Source: Comamonas sp.
Lineage (GTDB): Bacteria; Pseudomonadota; Gammaproteobacteria; Burkholderiales; Burkholderiaceae_C
Assembly: GCA_036667955.1 (NCBI GenBank)
Contig: JAVWTB010000011.1
Location: 85,045-149,044 of the forward strand
DNA: 64,000 nucleotides
Reading direction: 5' to 3'
Shown: in pieces, positions 9,030 to 18,350 of the stretch
Layout of the letters: the number at the start of each line of letters is the position of its first letter
How positions within the stretch are numbered: position 1 is the stretch's first letter
Translations under genes and position numbers: made by a program
The notes under the pieces: generated by a model
The model's database searches: none
What the model was told of the DNA's origin: nothing
What the model saw: only the letters and a program-made list of their open reading frames with translations

Positions 9030-11231
9030 TCACTGGGGCACAGTGCTTGCGCTGCCGCTGCCGCTGCCTTTGCTTTGCAGCGCCAAGCTGCGGATACCCG
9101 CAAAGTCAAACTGCTCCAGCCGGTCCAGCAGCGCTGCGGTAAAGGCTGCATGGGCCGTGCTGTTGGCATGGTGGTTGATCCAGCCCTCGATGTCGCTCAG
9201 GCGGCCATGCAGAGCCAACTCGGCCAGCTCATCCAGCGCAGCATCGCCGGGTGTGGCGACGGCCGCCAAGGTGGCCAGGGCAGGGCGGGTCGGCTGTCCC
9301 GGCCATGCGCTTGCCGTTGTCGAGCCGCTGGCCGGCGCTGCGCCGCTGGCATCGATGACCGGTACACATAGTTCGAAGGTAAAAGTGGTGCCCTGGCCGG
9401 CGGTGCTGCTCACCTCCAGGCTGCTACCCATGGCCATCAGGATGCGTTGCGAGATGAACAGCCCCAGGCCGGTGCTGCCGCCTTCGGCCTGGATCTGCTG
9501 GAAGGCATCGAAAATATCGGGTTTTTGGGCCAGGTCGATGCCAATGCCGGTGTCGCTCACGGAGAGGTGCAGCACACAGAATTCCCCCTCCTGCCGGGCG
9601 TTGACCATCAGGGTCACCACGCCATCGCGGGTGAACTTGGCTGCGTTGGAGACCAGGTTCAGCAGCACCTGTTGCAGGCGCTTGCCATCCATCGCCATGC
9701 GCCGGGGCAGGACGCCGCTCAGGTGGCAGAGGAAGTGGTTGTTCTGCTGCGCGCACAGCGAGACGGCGTAGTCGGAGATGTCATCGAGCAGAGCCTGCAG
9801 ATCGATGGGCGCGGGGCGCACGGCCAGCGGCTGCAGCTCGGACTTGGCGTACTCCAGCAGCTCATCGATCAGGTCGAGCTGGTATTTGACGCTGCGCTGA
9901 ATGGTCTTGACCAGCGCTTGCTGCTTGGGGGGCGCATCGGCCAGCAAGAGTTCGGAGTAGCCCTTGATCGTGGCCAGTGGCGCGCGCAGATCATGGCCGA
10001 TATAGCCCAGCACCTCGACCTTCTGGCGCTCCTTGGTCTGGGCATCGCTCAGCGCCGTGCTCAGGTTGGCATTCAAAGCCGAGGTCAGCATGGAGGCGTA
10101 TTTCTCATCCTGGCGGCGCACCACCATTTGGCCCAGGATATGGCAGGACAGCAGGATCAGCACGGTGCCGACGGCGGCCACCAGAACCGCCGTCCACAGG
10201 TGCTGCTCACGGATGGCGGCCAAGGGCTCCAGCGATGCCAAGGTCAGCAGCTGGTAGTGCGTATTGTTGAGCGGCTGGCGCTTCATCACGTAGGGCCTGC
10301 CATCCACCAGCCATTGGCCGGCAACGCCGTTGGTTGCCACCGGGTGGATGTCCATCGCATCGCCCAGCTCCTCTCCATCGTCATCGTCCGAGGGGTGCAG
10401 CACGCCGGCTGGCAGCATCGCGGCCACATTGCGCAGCATGAAGGGCTCGGACGAGCTGGTGGTGACGCGCCCCTGGCGGTTGACGATCAGCGCAATATGC
10501 CTACCCGTCAGGTAGTGCGCCATATCGGGCGCATCAAACTTGACGGTGACGGAGCCCTGCACCTCGTCGTTGGCATCGTCAATGCGGCTGGCCACGAAAT
10601 ACGAGGGAGTCTTGTTGATGCGTGCAATGCCAAAGGAGTGGCCGCTGCCGTCGCGCAAGGCGTTGTTCAGGTAAATGCGCCCCGCGTAAATCATGCCAAC
10701 GATGCTGTCCGGTGCCGCCCAGTTGCTGGCCGTGACGGTGTCGTCAGACAGGTTGTTCTGGTAGATGCGGGCATAGCGCAGGTCGCTGGCCAGCGCGTCC
10801 ATGAAGTCACCCACCTTGCGCACCAGCGGGTCCGTGGTGAACTGCGCGGCTCGCTGCTGGCGGGTCAGGGCTTCCGCACCGGGCTGGTCCTCGCGGTAAC
10901 GGGTAGCGAGCTGGATCACCTGGCTCTGGCTGGCCACCATGTTGGCCACGCTCACCATCTGGGTAAAAAGCCGGTCCACCACACGGGCGGTGGTCTCGGC
11001 CTCATAGGCGGCGCTCGATGCCTGGCTCTGGGTCCACTGGGTGGCGATGCGCTGCGATATCCACCAGCCCAAAGCGGCCACCAGACACAGCCATAAAAGC
11101 ACCAATGCAGCGGTGGCTCTGCGCACCAGGGGCAGCATCTCCCGTCCGCGTTTCATGGTGGGTGGCGGTGCTATGCCCGTCTTGCCACGGCCGGAATCGG
11201 CGGGCTGCGCACTGGTGTCGAGGGTGACCAT
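9030..11231 (-). CDS. Sensor histidine kinase with DctB-like periplasmic Cache domain
   Basis: Two TM segments flanking a Cache-like region (GRIYLNNAL..G.GHSFGI..INKTPSYFVASRI); H-box GHDLRAPL; N-box NLVSNAAKFT; G boxes DTGIGI, GSTGLGL; start uncertain (ATG 11138 plausible). Confidence 0.9.
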   Translation of the reverse strand: MVTLDTSAQPADSGRGKTGIAPPPTMKRGREMLPLVRRATAALVLLWLCLVAALGWWISQRIATQWTQSQASSAAYEAETTARVVDRLFTQMVSVANMVASQSQVIQLATRYREDQPGAEALTRQQRAAQFTTDPLVRKVGDFMDALASDLRYARIYQNNLSDDTVTASNWAAPDSIVGMIYAGRIYLNNALRDGSGHSFGIARINKTPSYFVASRIDDANDEVQGSVTVKFDAPDMAHYLTGRHIALIVNRQGRVTTSSSEPFMLRNVAAMLPAGVLHPSDDDDGEELGDAMDIHPVATNGVAGQWLVDGRPYVMKRQPLNNTHYQLLTLASLEPLAAIREQHLWTAVLVAAVGTVLILLSCHILGQMVVRRQDEKYASMLTSALNANLSTALSDAQTKERQKVEVLGYIGHDLRAPLATIKGYSELLLADAPPKQQALVKTIQRSVKYQLDLIDELLEYAKSELQPLAVRPAPIDLQALLDDISDYAVSLCAQQNNHFLCHLSGVLPRRMAMDGKRLQQVLLNLVSNAAKFTRDGVVTLMVNARQEGEFCVLHLSVSDTGIGIDLAQKPDIFDAFQQIQAEGGSTGLGLFISQRILMAMGSSLEVSSTAGQGTTFTFELCVPVIDASGAAPASGSTTASAWPGQPTRPALATLAAVATPGDAALDELAELALHGRLSDIEGWINHHANSTAHAAFTAALLDRLEQFDFAGIRSLALQSKGSGSGSASTVPQ

Positions 11232-11291
11232 TGGTTTATGTCTGAGATCAAGCTGCCGGCAGAACAGGGCAGGGCCCTGGTGGCACAGCGC

Positions 11292-12131
11292 TCATTGGAA
11301 TTTGGATGCCACCAGGTTTTGCAGCACTTGCGGATCGGCCTGGCATTCGCTGCGCAGTTGGGTGGGCGATTTTTGCCAGAATTTTTTGAACTCGGTGGAG
11401 AAGTTGGCTGAGTTCAGATAGCCCACTTCAAGCGCCACATCGGCAATGCTCAAGGTGCTCTGCGCCAGCATCAGAGCGGCTCGCCGCATGCGTTCCTGGC
11501 GGATGAATTCAAAGGCCGACAGGCCATCACAGGCTTCAAACACCATGTTCAGGCGGCGCATGGACAGGCCCAGGCTTTGGGCCACGTCCGAGCTCTTGAG
11601 CGAGGGATCATTGATGTGACCCAGAATGAATTCGGTGGCCACTTGCTTGAGCGTGAGATTGGCCGGGGACCGGCTCAAAGGCTGCACCGCTTGGTCAGCC
11701 AGCGCCGGGTGCTTGTCGTCTTGGGCAGGCCGCGCCTGGTGCTGGGCGAGTGTGAGGTGGATGCGAATCCGCTCCTGGATCTCTTCCACATAAAAAGGCT
11801 TGGTGATGTAGTCCACGCCGCCAGCCCGCAACCCGGACAACCGGTCTTCTTGCGCCACCAAGGCGGACAGAAAAATGATCGGAATATGCTGGGTGGCAGG
11901 GTTGGTTTTGAGCAGGCGCGCAATCGTGATGCCATTGCGTCCGGGCATGCGCATATCCAGCAAGATCAGGTCGGGCAGCAAGACGGTCGCTCTCGCATAG
12001 CCCTGGTCTCCATTGAGCGCGACGCTCACCCGGAATGCGGTGTTGCGCAAGGCTGCCACCAGCAGACGAAGCTGGTCTGGATCGTCGTCCACGATTAATA
12101 CATGTGGAGACTTTATTTCACCATTGCTCAT
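11292..12131 (-). CDS. Response regulator, REC + AraC-type HTH
   Basis: LIVDDD, LLDMRMP, DYITKPF; C-terminal RMRRAALMLAQSTLSIADVALEVGYLNSANFSTEFKK. Confidence 0.92.
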   Translation of the reverse strand: MSNGEIKSPHVLIVDDDPDQLRLLVAALRNTAFRVSVALNGDQGYARATVLLPDLILLDMRMPGRNGITIARLLKTNPATQHIPIIFLSALVAQEDRLSGLRAGGVDYITKPFYVEEIQERIRIHLTLAQHQARPAQDDKHPALADQAVQPLSRSPANLTLKQVATEFILGHINDPSLKSSDVAQSLGLSMRRLNMVFEACDGLSAFEFIRQERMRRAALMLAQSTLSIADVALEVGYLNSANFSTEFKKFWQKSPTQLRSECQADPQVLQNLVASKFQ

Positions 12132-12476
12132 AGGTTTTGTGGGCGCTTATTTGTCTGTAACGGTTGTGAATTGTCACACATGCAAGGCATTTTGCTGGTC
12201 ATTTGCTTTGAATCAATACCCCTGTCAGCACCGATTTTTGGCCGGTTTTGCTGAGGAAAAAGACAAGCCTTGAAGGCCCTGCGACAGCACAGGCGAGCCA
12301 TCCTGGGGCCTTGCCGAGAAAGCCCGAAAACGCGCATGAATCCTATGATTCTTGGCTGATTTATGCCCCGATCTAGCTGGGGCCGGATGGGGTTGGAGAC
12401 ACCGCTGAGGGCGAGGTCCATCGGCCCCGAACGGCAGAGAAAAGGCGGGTCGAAATATGCCGCTGAGCTGTTGTGC

Positions 12477-12510
12477 CAATACCCGCTTTTCAAAAATTTC
12501 TTGGGTATTG
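12477..12510. promoter_or_regulatory. Inverted repeat CAATACCC-N18-GGGTATTG in the AT-rich divergent promoter (third copy at 12214-12221)
   Basis: Read directly from the sequence; lies between the response regulator and the surface-protein gene. Confidence 0.45.
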
Positions 12511-12709
12511 ATGTAATTCCAAAAAATTTATAAAAAAACCAAATAACAAATTTTGTTACGTATGTACAAATCCTCTGAGAGTTCTTCTATGCCTGCCGCA
12601 TGGGCGGTGGGACGAGCCGATGAATCGCAACTGGAGGTTTTGGAAAATGGCAAATTTATCTGGGATGGATGGGGCAGTGGCGCACCGCAAGATGCGCAAA
12701 GGACGAAAT

Positions 12710-14872
12710 ATGCCCAAGGTGCTCAAAGCCTTGCCGGCAGCGCTGCTGGCCTGGTCTTGCATGCTGGGCATGGCCCAGGCAGCCGTGTATGCCCCCGACA
12801 ACTTTGCCAATGCAGGCGGCAGCAATCTGGAGACCATGGTCATGGTCAAGGACGGCAGTGGTCGCGTGGTGATTGGCGGCTTGTTCAACACCGTGGAAGG
12901 CCAGGCTGGCTACCAGGGCGTGGCACGTTTCAAAGCGGATGATTCGCTGGACACGAGCTTCAAAGTAGCCACCAACGCCTATGTGAAAGCCATTGCTATC
13001 CAAAGCGATGGGAAGATCCTTATTGGTGGCGATTTCAACTATGTCACAGGAACCGGAAGTGCTTCCACAGTGACCAGTTCGGGAATAGCGCGCTTAAATG
13101 CCGACGGCACAGTTGATTCCACATTCCACAATGTGCCGCTGTTTAAAGTGAACAGTCCAGTACGCAGCATTGCCGTTCAGCCGGATGGAAAAATCGTTGT
13201 AGGTGGGTATTTCACTTCTTTTGATAGTGTGCCGCGCTCCTATCTGGTGCGATTGAACACCGATGGTACGCAAGACACCAGCTTTACTGCTTTGCCCAAC
13301 AATCAAATTGAAGATGTGAAGTTGCAGGCAGATGGAAAGATGGTGATCGCGGGTTCTTTTACCCAGGTGCAAGGTACGAACATTCGTGGTGTCGCGCGTC
13401 TGAACGCCGATGGCTCGCTGGACACCAGCTTCGATGCCGGCCAGTCGATTGGTGGTCGCAACGGCGCATGGGATGGTTCCTGGCCCGTCTACCAACTGGC
13501 GCTGCAGGATGACGGCAAGATTGTGTACGCCGGCGGTACGCACCGCTATGCCGATGAGATCCACTGGCGCATTGCACGCCTGAACACCGATGGCACGGTG
13601 GACAGCAGCTTCCAGTCCTATGTCAGCTGGTGGGCTTCCTCGATCGCCTTGCAGAACGTGGGTGGCGAGCAAAAGATTGTGGTGGGCGGTGACTACAGCA
13701 GAGCGGGTGTGACCAACCCTGCAACCGGTGCCGTGGTGAGCGATGCCGCGCGCCAGCGCATTGCGCGTTTCAACGCCGATGGCTCGCTGGACACCGAGTT
13801 TGACACCTCCTTCAGCGCCAACAGCTGGGTCTGGAGCGTGCTGCCCAACAGCGATGGCACCGTCTATCTGGGTGGCAAGTTCACCAGCGTGGCTGGCATG
13901 GCACGCCGAGGCATTGCCCGTTTGGCTGAGCTGGATCCCACCAAGCAGGTCATCAACTTCTTGGAGCCAGAGCCCGGCACCTATTCGGCGCTGAATGGTG
14001 CCTCCGTGTCCTGGAACCCCACGCCACCTACCACCAGCAGTGCCAATTTGCCGGTGACCTACACCAGCATCACCACCTCGGTGTGTACGGTGAACGCGTC
14101 GACCGGCGCAGTGACCCTGGTGACGCCGGCAGTGACGGGTCTGTGCACCATCGAAGCCAACGCAGCAGCGGGTACCCAGACGGTGGGTGGCCTGGTCTAC
14201 AACGTCGACCCGGCAACGCCGGTGCGCCAGAGCATGCAAATCGATGCGCCACCGGACCAGAGCATCAGCTTCCCGCAGCAAACCTCGCCGCGCAATGTGG
14301 CCGCAGGGACGTTCAGCATTGACCCTGCGGCGACGGCCAGCTCGACCCTGGCGGTGAGCTACTCCAGCCTGACCCCGTCCATCTGCACGGTATCGGGCAC
14401 CACGGTAACGCCGCTGTCCGGTGGCCTTTGCACCATCGCTGCCGACCAACCTGGCGGTACTTTGGGTGTGGTGGCCTTCAATGCCGCGGCGCAGGCGACC
14501 CAGAGCGTGACGGTGCAAAGCGCACAGACCATTGCGTTCCCGGCCCAATCGGCCCACAGCGTGGTGACGGGCAGCAGTTTTGCACTGGCGCCGGCCGCAA
14601 CGGCCAGCTCGGGCCTGGCGGTGAGCTACGCCAGCCTGACGCCTGCCGTCTGCACAGTGACCGCAGGCTCCGTGCGCGTTTTGGCCACGGGTACCTGCAC
14701 CATTGAAGCCAACCAGGAAGGCAATGACTTCTTCAGCGTGGCTGAGCCGGTGACCCAGTCCATCACCGTCACGGCGCTGCCGCCTGCAACCCCTGTGCCC
14801 ACGCTGGGCACCTGGGCGCTGGCCATGTTGGCCGCGATGCTGGGCTTTGTCGGCTTTCGCCGCCGCGCCTGA
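12710..14872 (+). CDS. Surface protein: 7 delta-60-type beta-propeller repeats, 3 Ig-like repeats, IPTL-CTERM sorting tail
   Basis: ATG 12710 after AAGGA; signal peptide; repeats Q.DGKI..GG.F....IARLNADG..D.SF x7; repeats ATASS.L.VSY.SLTP..CTV...CTI.A x3; tail TPVPTLGTWALAMLAAMLGFVGFRRRA. Confidence 0.88.
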   Translation: MPKVLKALPAALLAWSCMLGMAQAAVYAPDNFANAGGSNLETMVMVKDGSGRVVIGGLFNTVEGQAGYQGVARFKADDSLDTSFKVATNAYVKAIAIQSDGKILIGGDFNYVTGTGSASTVTSSGIARLNADGTVDSTFHNVPLFKVNSPVRSIAVQPDGKIVVGGYFTSFDSVPRSYLVRLNTDGTQDTSFTALPNNQIEDVKLQADGKMVIAGSFTQVQGTNIRGVARLNADGSLDTSFDAGQSIGGRNGAWDGSWPVYQLALQDDGKIVYAGGTHRYADEIHWRIARLNTDGTVDSSFQSYVSWWASSIALQNVGGEQKIVVGGDYSRAGVTNPATGAVVSDAARQRIARFNADGSLDTEFDTSFSANSWVWSVLPNSDGTVYLGGKFTSVAGMARRGIARLAELDPTKQVINFLEPEPGTYSALNGASVSWNPTPPTTSSANLPVTYTSITTSVCTVNASTGAVTLVTPAVTGLCTIEANAAAGTQTVGGLVYNVDPATPVRQSMQIDAPPDQSISFPQQTSPRNVAAGTFSIDPAATASSTLAVSYSSLTPSICTVSGTTVTPLSGGLCTIAADQPGGTLGVVAFNAAAQATQSVTVQSAQTIAFPAQSAHSVVTGSSFALAPAATASSGLAVSYASLTPAVCTVTAGSVRVLATGTCTIEANQEGNDFFSVAEPVTQSITVTALPPATPVPTLGTWALAMLAAMLGFVGFRRRA

Positions 14873-14904
14873 TCCTTTGCGGTCATAGGTGGACCGCGAA
14901 CGAT

Positions 14905-14944
14905 GCATACGGGGGGTAGATACATGTATCTGCCCCCCGTATGC
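14905..14944. repeat. 40-bp near-perfect palindrome
   Basis: GCATACGGGGGGTAGATACATGTATCTGCCCCCCGTATGC; a single T.G mismatch pair, no spacer. Confidence 0.95.
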
Positions 14945-15061
14945 CATGTGCCTCAGTGCCCGCGTCGGTAGCGATGCGGTGGCGCTGAGAGGGTACAGAG
15001 TGCTCCTGGGGAGCGCTGCAGAACCCTGGTCGATTCAGATCGATGGGAAGAGGAGAGAGCC

Positions 15062-16654
15062 ATGCCATGTCTTCGCAAATACCTTCCAGCCTTCGCACTT
15101 TTGGAGGCCATGGCCGCCGGCAGTGCCTCTGCAGCGCCGCTGGAATGGGATTACACCGTCACGGCCCGATTTGTGACGACGACTGGTGCCACGACGTTCA
15201 AGGGCGCAGGCCCGGGCAACGCGAACGGATGCGAACTGGTCTCCGCCACCAATATCACCTGGGGGGCTTGCCCCAGTGGCCCGGCAGGGGAGGGGCGCAG
15301 CGGTATTGGCGTTTCAGGCAGCGAGCAGACCGGCACCCTGGTGGCCAATGGTGGCGCCGAGTACGCCAATGTCTACACCCACACCAATAACGTCGTGACT
15401 TCTGCCTTTGCCACCTTGGCCAGCGCAACGATCAGCACCACGCTGGGTTTGAGGGCCAAGGGCAGCAGTGATCCCTACACCTATGAGAACTTCATCTATA
15501 CCATCAAGTTCTCTGAAACACCCAATGGCAGCGACCCGACCACCTGTGTGGTGCCCGGCGGCGACCCCTGCAGCGACATCTGGGTGCTGGACGGCTCGGT
15601 CAACCGTACTGTGGCCATGAATGGCCAGGAATTTACCTTCAGCTTTTTCCCCGAGCCTGCCGCCATTCCCTTGGATCCCGCGATTTGCGAGGCCGCGGGG
15701 GCGGAGGTCGGCTGCATCGGCTTTACCACGCAGGAGAACATGGCCAACGCGATCCCCTTCATGATGAACCTGACGCAGATCGCCCATGTCTCGGGCCGGG
15801 TGTATGCCGAGGGCAGCATCCCTGCCAACACGCAAGACGATGGCAGCGGTGTTGACATGGGGGCAGCCGTGGCGGTGTCTTTGCTGTGCACGGGCCCCGA
15901 TTACAGCGCGGGCCCGATCGATACCGCATCGGATGGCAGCTTCCGCTTTGAGAATGTGGCCGCTGGGGCGGACTGCGCCATCACGACCACGCCGCCGGCC
16001 GGTTTTCAGATGGCCTACACACAACAAGGCAGCACCGGGGAGAGCGGCGCGCCTGGCGTGCTGAACACCGGCGTTGCCGGCAGCACGGCGCTGCAGACGA
16101 TTGCGGTCAGCGTGCCGACCGAAGGATCAGCGGGCAACCTTTTTGCGCTGCGCGCGGTGAGCAATATGCGCAGCGCCACGGTGTGCACACCAGGCACAGC
16201 GGCCGCAGGCACCACGGTCAGCTGCACGACGACTTGCAGCAATGTGGGCAGCAGCACCGCCCTGCAGGGGTTTTGCAGCATCCCCAATGCGGCCAGTTTG
16301 CCCGGTAGCCCCACGCCCGTGTGCAGTGCGCCCGCTGATGTGCCGCCCCATGGCACGCTCAGCTGCACGCTGAACTTTGCCATGGCGGGCAGCGCCAGCA
16401 TCAGCGTGCTGGGCGGCACGGGTGCGGACAATGACAGCGATGGAGGGCGGGATGCCTCTGCGGGTGACAACGCGTCGAGCGCAGCCGTCGCACCACAGGC
16501 CACTATCCCCTCCACCCCCACAACGCCCACCAGCCCGGCCAGCCCCACGCCGGTGCCCGGCCCGGGCGGCTTTGCGCTGGTTGTGCTGGCGGGCTGGGTG
16601 GGCCTTATCGCATGGCGTCAGCAGCGGCTGCCAGCGCAACGCCGCGTGCGATAG
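15062..16654 (+). CDS. Cys-rich surface protein with THxN-type N-terminal domain, Ig/DUF11-like modules and IPTL/PEP-CTERM-like tail
   Basis: RBS GAGGAGAG; signal peptide; YTHTNN motif and FSETPNG...CSDIWVL; tail PTPVPGPGGFALVVLAGWVGLIAWRQQR. Confidence 0.78.
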   Translation: MPCLRKYLPAFALLEAMAAGSASAAPLEWDYTVTARFVTTTGATTFKGAGPGNANGCELVSATNITWGACPSGPAGEGRSGIGVSGSEQTGTLVANGGAEYANVYTHTNNVVTSAFATLASATISTTLGLRAKGSSDPYTYENFIYTIKFSETPNGSDPTTCVVPGGDPCSDIWVLDGSVNRTVAMNGQEFTFSFFPEPAAIPLDPAICEAAGAEVGCIGFTTQENMANAIPFMMNLTQIAHVSGRVYAEGSIPANTQDDGSGVDMGAAVAVSLLCTGPDYSAGPIDTASDGSFRFENVAAGADCAITTTPPAGFQMAYTQQGSTGESGAPGVLNTGVAGSTALQTIAVSVPTEGSAGNLFALRAVSNMRSATVCTPGTAAAGTTVSCTTTCSNVGSSTALQGFCSIPNAASLPGSPTPVCSAPADVPPHGTLSCTLNFAMAGSASISVLGGTGADNDSDGGRDASAGDNASSAAVAPQATIPSTPTTPTSPASPTPVPGPGGFALVVLAGWVGLIAWRQQRLPAQRRVR

Positions 16655-16756
16655 GCGAGGCGGAGGCCGCAAGCGCATCTGCGCTGTGCTGCGCTCCTGC
16701 GGCGGTGGCGGCGGTGTGCAGAGGCTTTGACCGGGCGTTTTGCGAGGGACGTTTTT

Positions 16757-17962
16757 CTAGTGGTGGCCCATCCCCGCGATGGCGCTACGGCGCTTGCGGG
16801 CGCTGCTGCCATAGGTGTCCCACAGCGCCACGCCCAGGATGAGCGCCGTCGTCAACCAGCCCAGCACCCACAGCTTGCAGGCCTGGCTGAGCGGCACAAG
16901 CACCAGCAGCAACAAGGCGCCCACCCAGTGCGAAGCGGGGAGCGAGCCATACACCGTCTTTTTGTAGATGGCACTGCCCAGCAGGTAGATGGCGGGCCCG
17001 GCGAGCAGGATGGCGATTTGCGGGGCTGCTGCCAGTGCAAGGGGGTGCGCTAGCACCAAGTCGTTGCCCACCGCAGAGGCGATCACGCCGGCGATCAGGA
17101 TGGCATGCACGTAGTGGAAATAGGCAGCGATGCGGCCTGGATCGTCGGCGCGGGTGATGGCCTCGGTCGCATCCTTGCTGGAGGTGCCAAAGTACAGCCA
17201 CCACATAGCCAGGGTGCCGACAAAGGTGGCGCCCAGGGCCATCAGCACCTGCCATTCCCAGGCCTTGGTATCTGCCAGGGTGGCGCCACTGGCCAGCAGC
17301 GTCTCGCCAAGAGCCACAATCACAAACAGCTGGCAGCGCTCGGCCATGTGGCCGCCCTCGATGGTCCAGTCCCGGGTCTGGCTGCGGCCCAGGCCTGGCA
17401 GCGCAAAGCCGAGCATGGGCGCCACATACTCGCACAGCACGGCCACCAGCCACAGCAGCAAGCGCAGCGGTGGCTCGGCCAGCGCTCCAGCCATCCAGAA
17501 CAGGGCAGAAATACAGACCCAGCCGAGCATGCGACGGTAGTTGTGCGCCAGCGGGTGCCAGGCAGGCAGCTGCCACCAGATGAAGGCGCTGCGCCCCACC
17601 TGCATGGCCACATAGGCCAGGGCAAAGACCAGCCCCCGCTCGGCGAAGGCCTCGGGAATGCTGGAGGCCATCAGCAAGCCCAGCAGCATGGTGCAAAACA
17701 GCATGCCGCGGATGCGGGGCGTCTGGGGATCGAACCAGTTGGTGACCCAGCAGGTGTACTGCCAGCCCAGCCAGACGGCAAACCAGAGCACCAAGGTCTG
17801 CGCGACACCGATGAAGCTCAGCTGGTGCAGCAGCTCATGGCTGAGCTGGGTGACGGCGAACACATAGACCAGGTCAAAGAACAGCTCTTCATAGGTCACT
17901 CGGGCGTGGTGACCGTCGCGCTGGCGCAGCAAGGGGTGGGAGAAGGCGGGAGTGATAGGCAT
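16757..17962 (-). CDS. ltrA: Low temperature requirement protein A family membrane protein
   Basis: ELFFDLVYVFAVTQLS, HMAERCQLFVIVALGE, MWWLYF motifs. Confidence 0.92.
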   Translation of the reverse strand: MPITPAFSHPLLRQRDGHHARVTYEELFFDLVYVFAVTQLSHELLHQLSFIGVAQTLVLWFAVWLGWQYTCWVTNWFDPQTPRIRGMLFCTMLLGLLMASSIPEAFAERGLVFALAYVAMQVGRSAFIWWQLPAWHPLAHNYRRMLGWVCISALFWMAGALAEPPLRLLLWLVAVLCEYVAPMLGFALPGLGRSQTRDWTIEGGHMAERCQLFVIVALGETLLASGATLADTKAWEWQVLMALGATFVGTLAMWWLYFGTSSKDATEAITRADDPGRIAAYFHYVHAILIAGVIASAVGNDLVLAHPLALAAAPQIAILLAGPAIYLLGSAIYKKTVYGSLPASHWVGALLLLVLVPLSQACKLWVLGWLTTALILGVALWDTYGSSARKRRSAIAGMGHH

Positions 17963-17980
17963 GGGAGTCCTTGGGGATTT

Positions 17981-18250
17981 TTATGCCTGGGACAGCACGC
18001 GGGTGATGAAGGCCGCCAGCAGCACCGGCACCATCAGCACGATGAGCAAAATCAGCGCCTCATCGCGCACGCTGTAACCCGCCTGCGTGACCCCCACCCA
18101 CATATTGGTGCAAGCGATCAGCAGCCACACCGGCATGAACAGCTTGGCTGCTACCAGCATGCCCACCGTGCTGGCTGACCACAGCCAGCCAAACAGCACA
18201 AACACCCCGAGCAGCAGCAGGCCACCGCCCATCACCATCAGTACATGCAT
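17981..18250 (-). CDS. Small membrane protein (about 3 TM), hypothetical
   Basis: 89-aa hydrophobic ORF in the same orientation, between SDR and ltrA; GAGAG upstream. Confidence 0.75.
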   Translation of the reverse strand: MHVLMVMGGGLLLLGVFVLFGWLWSASTVGMLVAAKLFMPVWLLIACTNMWVGVTQAGYSVRDEALILLIVLMVPVLLAAFITRVLSQA

Positions 18251-18350
18251 ATCGACACTCTCAAGCGTTGCTGAAGAAATTGCGGCTCTTGCGCCGCAAA
18301 CGTGCAGGCGCTGGCCCTGGGGCCGTTGTGACCCCAGGTTCTGCGCGCCC

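Noticed and set aside
12132-12709. Sigma-54 promoter upstream of the IPTL-CTERM genes
   Set aside because: The TGGCAC/TGGCGC hits lack a correctly spaced -12 TTGC element here and upstream of 15062 and 22618
13094-14947. Long antisense ORFs (e.g. 617 aa here; also 481-1824, 9447-11096, 30864-32345, 53861-55714, 60954-62681)
   Set aside because: Shadow frames of GC-rich genes with clear family motifs on the opposite strand; no RBS or recognisable domains
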